A DNA stretch of 59,607 nucleotides from Elusimicrobiota bacterium (GTDB taxonomy: Bacteria > Elusimicrobiota > Elusimicrobia > UBA1565). The stretch spans positions 1 through 59,607 of the forward strand of contig NVTF01000001.1 in NCBI GenBank assembly GCA_002401485.1, read 5' to 3'. The translations under genes were made by a program, and so were the position numbers. The notes below the pieces were generated by a model. That model saw only the letters and a program-made list of their open reading frames with translations. It was not told the DNA's origin and ran no database searches. Below, one piece after another: positions 56,936 to 59,607 of the stretch. How positions within the stretch are numbered: position 1 is the first letter of the stretch; each line of letters begins with the position of its first letter.

Positions 56936-57596
56936 TTAGACGATCGGCTGACCCGGGCAGTCGCAGTGTGAATACCGGCACGGCTGCGCACCAAGCCGCA
57001 CACGTGTCGCGGGGTCGCCAACGTTTCCCATGTATCCTTGCGGATCCCAGCGTCCGGCATGGCAAGAATAAACATCACCCTTAATATCGATGATCATCCA
57101 TTTTGCGCCGACCAGGCACAAATTGCCCCGAGGGGAATCTGCACTGCCCGCTTGAAATCCGAGAGCGGAGCGCATAAACTCCTTATCTTTTAAAGAATAA
57201 CCCCGCGGGTCGTGGGTATTCCAATAACTTTGCAGATGTACGGTCAGGCCGCTGCGGGCGAATTGGGACAGAGTATTCTTGACCTCATCCAATTGCTCCG
57301 GCAAGGCCACGGTCACAATATGAAGACCGGCACCGGGGAAGAGAGGTTTGTCTCCATGCCGACGCGATGCCGGCGGCAACAATGCTCGAGGCCAGCTCCG
57401 CAGCACGTGGATGCAAGGAGGGCTCCCCCGCACTCAGGCGCACCGTCCAGCCCGGCTCCAGGCGGGATAAAAACTGCATCATGTTATGCGCCGTTTCTTC
57501 GGTGACATGGGGGAGGGCGGTTTTTTTCACAACAGCCCTGCCTTCGCAACAGCAGGAACAGCGATAGTTGCAGGAATCCGAGATCTGCCAATGCAT
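56936..57596 (-). pseudogene. Small radical-SAM protein with a Cys-rich (SPASM/twitch-like) C-terminus, disrupted by frameshift(s)
   Basis: ATG at 57596 gives MHWQISDSCNYRCSCC (CxxxCxxC)...RLSAGEPSLHP. The frame ends at 57285, and the C-terminal part (...CLVGAKWMIIDIKGDVYSCHAG...CRYSHCDCPG) lies in another frame, ending at 56936. Confidence 0.6.
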
Positions 57597-57717
57597 ATAC
57601 CCCGTCTCCTGTTTATTTTTTCCGTTTTCCACGTTGTAGGAGAATAGCCGGGAATAGCGGGTTATGCCAACTGTCCCCCTAGCCGGAACAAATTCTATCC
57701 AGTAGAATCTAACCCTA

Positions 57718-58482
57718 ATGAAAGTAATAATACTCGCCGGCGGCCTCGGCACACGCCTATCGGAAGTAACCGAACGCATTCCCAAACCCATGGTCGAAAT
57801 CGGCGACCGCCCCATCCTCTGGCATATCATGAAAACCTTTCAGACCCACGGCTTCGGCGAGTTCATCGTTGCTTTAGGACACAAAGGAGAAATCGTCAAA
57901 GACTTCTTTCTCAACTATCGCCAACACGCAAGCTCGATGACCATCTCGCTCAAAGACGGAACGGCAAAATACTACGACGAACACGCCGAGGATTGGACCG
58001 TGCACCTGCTCGAAACCGGCAACCACTCCATGACCGGGGGGCGCGTCAAACGTGCGCTCGAACACGCCAACGGTCCCTGCTTCATGACCTACGGGGACGG
58101 CGTCTGCGACATCGATCTAAAAAAACTCCTCGCCTTTCACAAAAGCCACGGCAAGAAGGCAACCATCTCCGCAGTGCGGCCGCCGGCGCGCTTTGGCGCG
58201 CTGCAGATGGAAGGCGATAAAATCACGAGTTTCGCCGAAAAACCCCAGACCGGCGAAGGCTGGATCAACGGCGGCTACTGCATTCTCGAAGCCGACGTCG
58301 CCGACTACATTGAAGGGGACGAAACAATTTTTGAGCGCGCGCCGCTTGAACGCCTGGCCAAGGAAGGCGAACTCATGGCGTATAAACACGAGGGGTTCTG
58401 GCAATGCATGGATACCATGCGGGATCTCAAGTATCTAAGCGCCCTTTGGGATGCCGGCAGCGCTCCCTGGAAAACCTGGTAA
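57718..58482 (+). CDS. rfbF: Glucose-1-phosphate cytidylyltransferase
   Basis: MKVIILAGGLGTRLSEVTERIPKPMVEIGDRPILWHIMK, and the C-terminal FWQCMDTMRDL pattern typical of RfbF/DdhA. Confidence 0.9.
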   Translation: MKVIILAGGLGTRLSEVTERIPKPMVEIGDRPILWHIMKTFQTHGFGEFIVALGHKGEIVKDFFLNYRQHASSMTISLKDGTAKYYDEHAEDWTVHLLETGNHSMTGGRVKRALEHANGPCFMTYGDGVCDIDLKKLLAFHKSHGKKATISAVRPPARFGALQMEGDKITSFAEKPQTGEGWINGGYCILEADVADYIEGDETIFERAPLERLAKEGELMAYKHEGFWQCMDTMRDLKYLSALWDAGSAPWKTW

Positions 58483-58483
58483 C

Positions 58484-59443
58484 ATGACCTGGAACCGTCG
58501 GCGTGTTTTTGTCACCGGGGCCACCGGCGTAATCGGCTCCGCGTTAACACGACAACTCATCGCTGAGGGTGCGGATGTCTCCGCCCTGATTTTTGAACGC
58601 CCGGACGGATCCGACCTCGTGCGGTCCGGAGACATCAATAAAATCAAACAAATCGACGGACGCCTCGAAGACGGTCCGCTGCTGGACAAGACGCTTACCG
58701 CGGGGAATTTCGAGGCGGTCTTTCACCTCGGCGCCCAGGCTCTCGTGGAATCCGCGCTCACCGATCCGGTCGCTACGTTTGAAACCAATATTAAAGGGAC
58801 CTACAACCTCCTCGACGCATGCCGAAAAGTCGGCGGGATCAAGGCGATCGTGGTCGCCTCCTCAGACAAGGCTTATGGGGCTAAGGACGCGCTCCCCTAC
58901 ACAGAAGACATGGCATTGGAAGGACGGTTCCCCTACGAGGTTTCCAAAAGCTGCACCGATTTAATTTCGCTTGCCTACCACCGCACCTACGCGCTGCCCG
59001 TTGCAGTGACGCGCTGCGGCAATGTGTATGGCCCCGGCGACCTCAATTGGAGCCGCATTGTCCCCGGGACGATAAAATCGCTGCTGACCGGAGAACGCCC
59101 CGTCATTCGCTCGGACGGAAAATTTAAGCGCGACTACATCTTCGTCAAGGATATCGCCGCCGCCTACCTGCAGACAGCCGAAGCGTTATTAGACGGCCGC
59201 TGCGCGGGAGAGGCTTTTAACTTCGCCGCAGAAGCACCCCTCAACGTTCTTGAAATAGTAGAAGCCATCAGCACAGCGTTGAATGTCTCCTTGGAGCCCG
59301 ACATCCGCCACACGGCAAAACATGAAATCCGCGACCAATACCTCGACTGCAGCAAGGCCCGGGAGGCCCTCGCATGGAAACCGGGGTACACGCTCGAAGA
59401 CGGTCTCGCTGAAACCATCGCCTGGTACAAGGACTATTTATGA
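58484..59443 (+). CDS. rfbG: CDP-glucose 4,6-dehydratase
   Basis: In-frame ATG at 58484. VFVTGATGVIGSAL, SSDKAYG and YEVSKSC (YxxxK). Its position directly after rfbF supports the call. Confidence 0.88.
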   Translation: MTWNRRRVFVTGATGVIGSALTRQLIAEGADVSALIFERPDGSDLVRSGDINKIKQIDGRLEDGPLLDKTLTAGNFEAVFHLGAQALVESALTDPVATFETNIKGTYNLLDACRKVGGIKAIVVASSDKAYGAKDALPYTEDMALEGRFPYEVSKSCTDLISLAYHRTYALPVAVTRCGNVYGPGDLNWSRIVPGTIKSLLTGERPVIRSDGKFKRDYIFVKDIAAAYLQTAEALLDGRCAGEAFNFAAEAPLNVLEIVEAISTALNVSLEPDIRHTAKHEIRDQYLDCSKAREALAWKPGYTLEDGLAETIAWYKDYL

Positions 59444-59607
59444 TTGAAGGTGTTCTCATTCATCCGCTCAAACAAATCACCGACAACCGCGGGAAGGTCA
59501 TGCACATGCTGCGTGCCGACGATCCGCATTTCGAACAATTCGGAGAAATCTATTTCTCAACAGTCTATGAAGGCGTCACCAAGGGATGGCATTTGCATAA
59601 AAAAATG
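59440..59607 (+). CDS. Sugar 3,5-epimerase-like cupin (RfbC family), 3' end beyond the window
   Basis: My own translation from ATG 59440 (ATGA overlap): MIEGVLIHPLKQITDNRGKVMHMLRADDPHFEQFGEIYFSTVYEGVTKGWHLHKKM. The reading frame is still open at the window end. Confidence 0.65.
   Translation, partial: MIEGVLIHPLKQITDNRGKVMHMLRADDPHFEQFGEIYFSTVYEGVTKGWHLHKKM

Noticed and set aside
57597-57830. 78-codon upstream extension of the radical-SAM ORF
   Set aside because: The extension runs across the rfbF promoter and start (57718) on the opposite strand and has no domain content. The radical-SAM CxxxCxxC motif begins 8 residues after the internal ATG at 57596.

Overview
This is a 59.6 kb, densely coding stretch of bacterial chromosome, and I read about 58 protein-coding genes or gene remnants. 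The TolC-family gene, beta-barrel protein and lipoproteins indicate a two-membrane cell envelope. G+C looks mid-to-high 50s percent by eye. Shine-Dalgarno sites are present, for example AGGAGG before 28952, and many neighbouring genes overlap by 4 nt (ATGA/GTGA). I found no rRNA, tRNA, CRISPR array, transposase or integrase.

Content, left to right:
- **1-6.2 kb:** a HEAT-repeat gene running off the left edge, then a tightly coupled unit of a GAF/PAS histidine kinase, TldD and three exported proteins.
- **6.2-24.6 kb:** housekeeping genes: FKBP isomerase, class I aldolase, TlpA-like redoxin, a cNMP-binding patatin lipase, Nudix hydrolase, dnaE, a CheY-like receiver, a phosphofructokinase predicted to use PPi, dapF, dapA and udk.
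- **24.6-30.4 kb:** an atypical Lon-like protease, tsaC and small genes.
- **30.4-46.3 kb:** a roughly 16 kb single-strand envelope-glycan operon. It holds a WecA-type initiating transferase, three GT2 genes, three GT-C membrane transferases, a complete four-gene GDP-glycero-manno-heptose pathway and a CDP-sugar 3-dehydrase.
- **46.3-46.6 kb:** a divergent intergenic region with four tandem 40-bp repeats.
- **46.6-53.0 kb:** a two-subunit molybdenum hydroxylase, an ECF sigma module and a CDF transporter.
- **53.1-56.9 kb:** a lower-G+C island with a SEC-C/HEAT protein and a type II restriction-modification pair whose endonuclease is frameshifted.
- **56.9-59.6 kb:** a disrupted radical-SAM gene, then rfbF, rfbG and an epimerase gene running off the right edge.

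The most noteworthy observations:
- The multi-module glycan operon, and one of its GT-C genes broken by an in-frame TAG.
- Single-base frame lesions in the endonuclease and radical-SAM genes.
- The 4 x 40-bp palindrome-containing repeat array.
- A perfect 29-bp-stem hairpin.
- An N-terminal module that appears to be shared by the Lon-like protease and the CDF transporter.

All family assignments come from motifs I recognise by eye. No database search was possible, and start codons are often uncertain.
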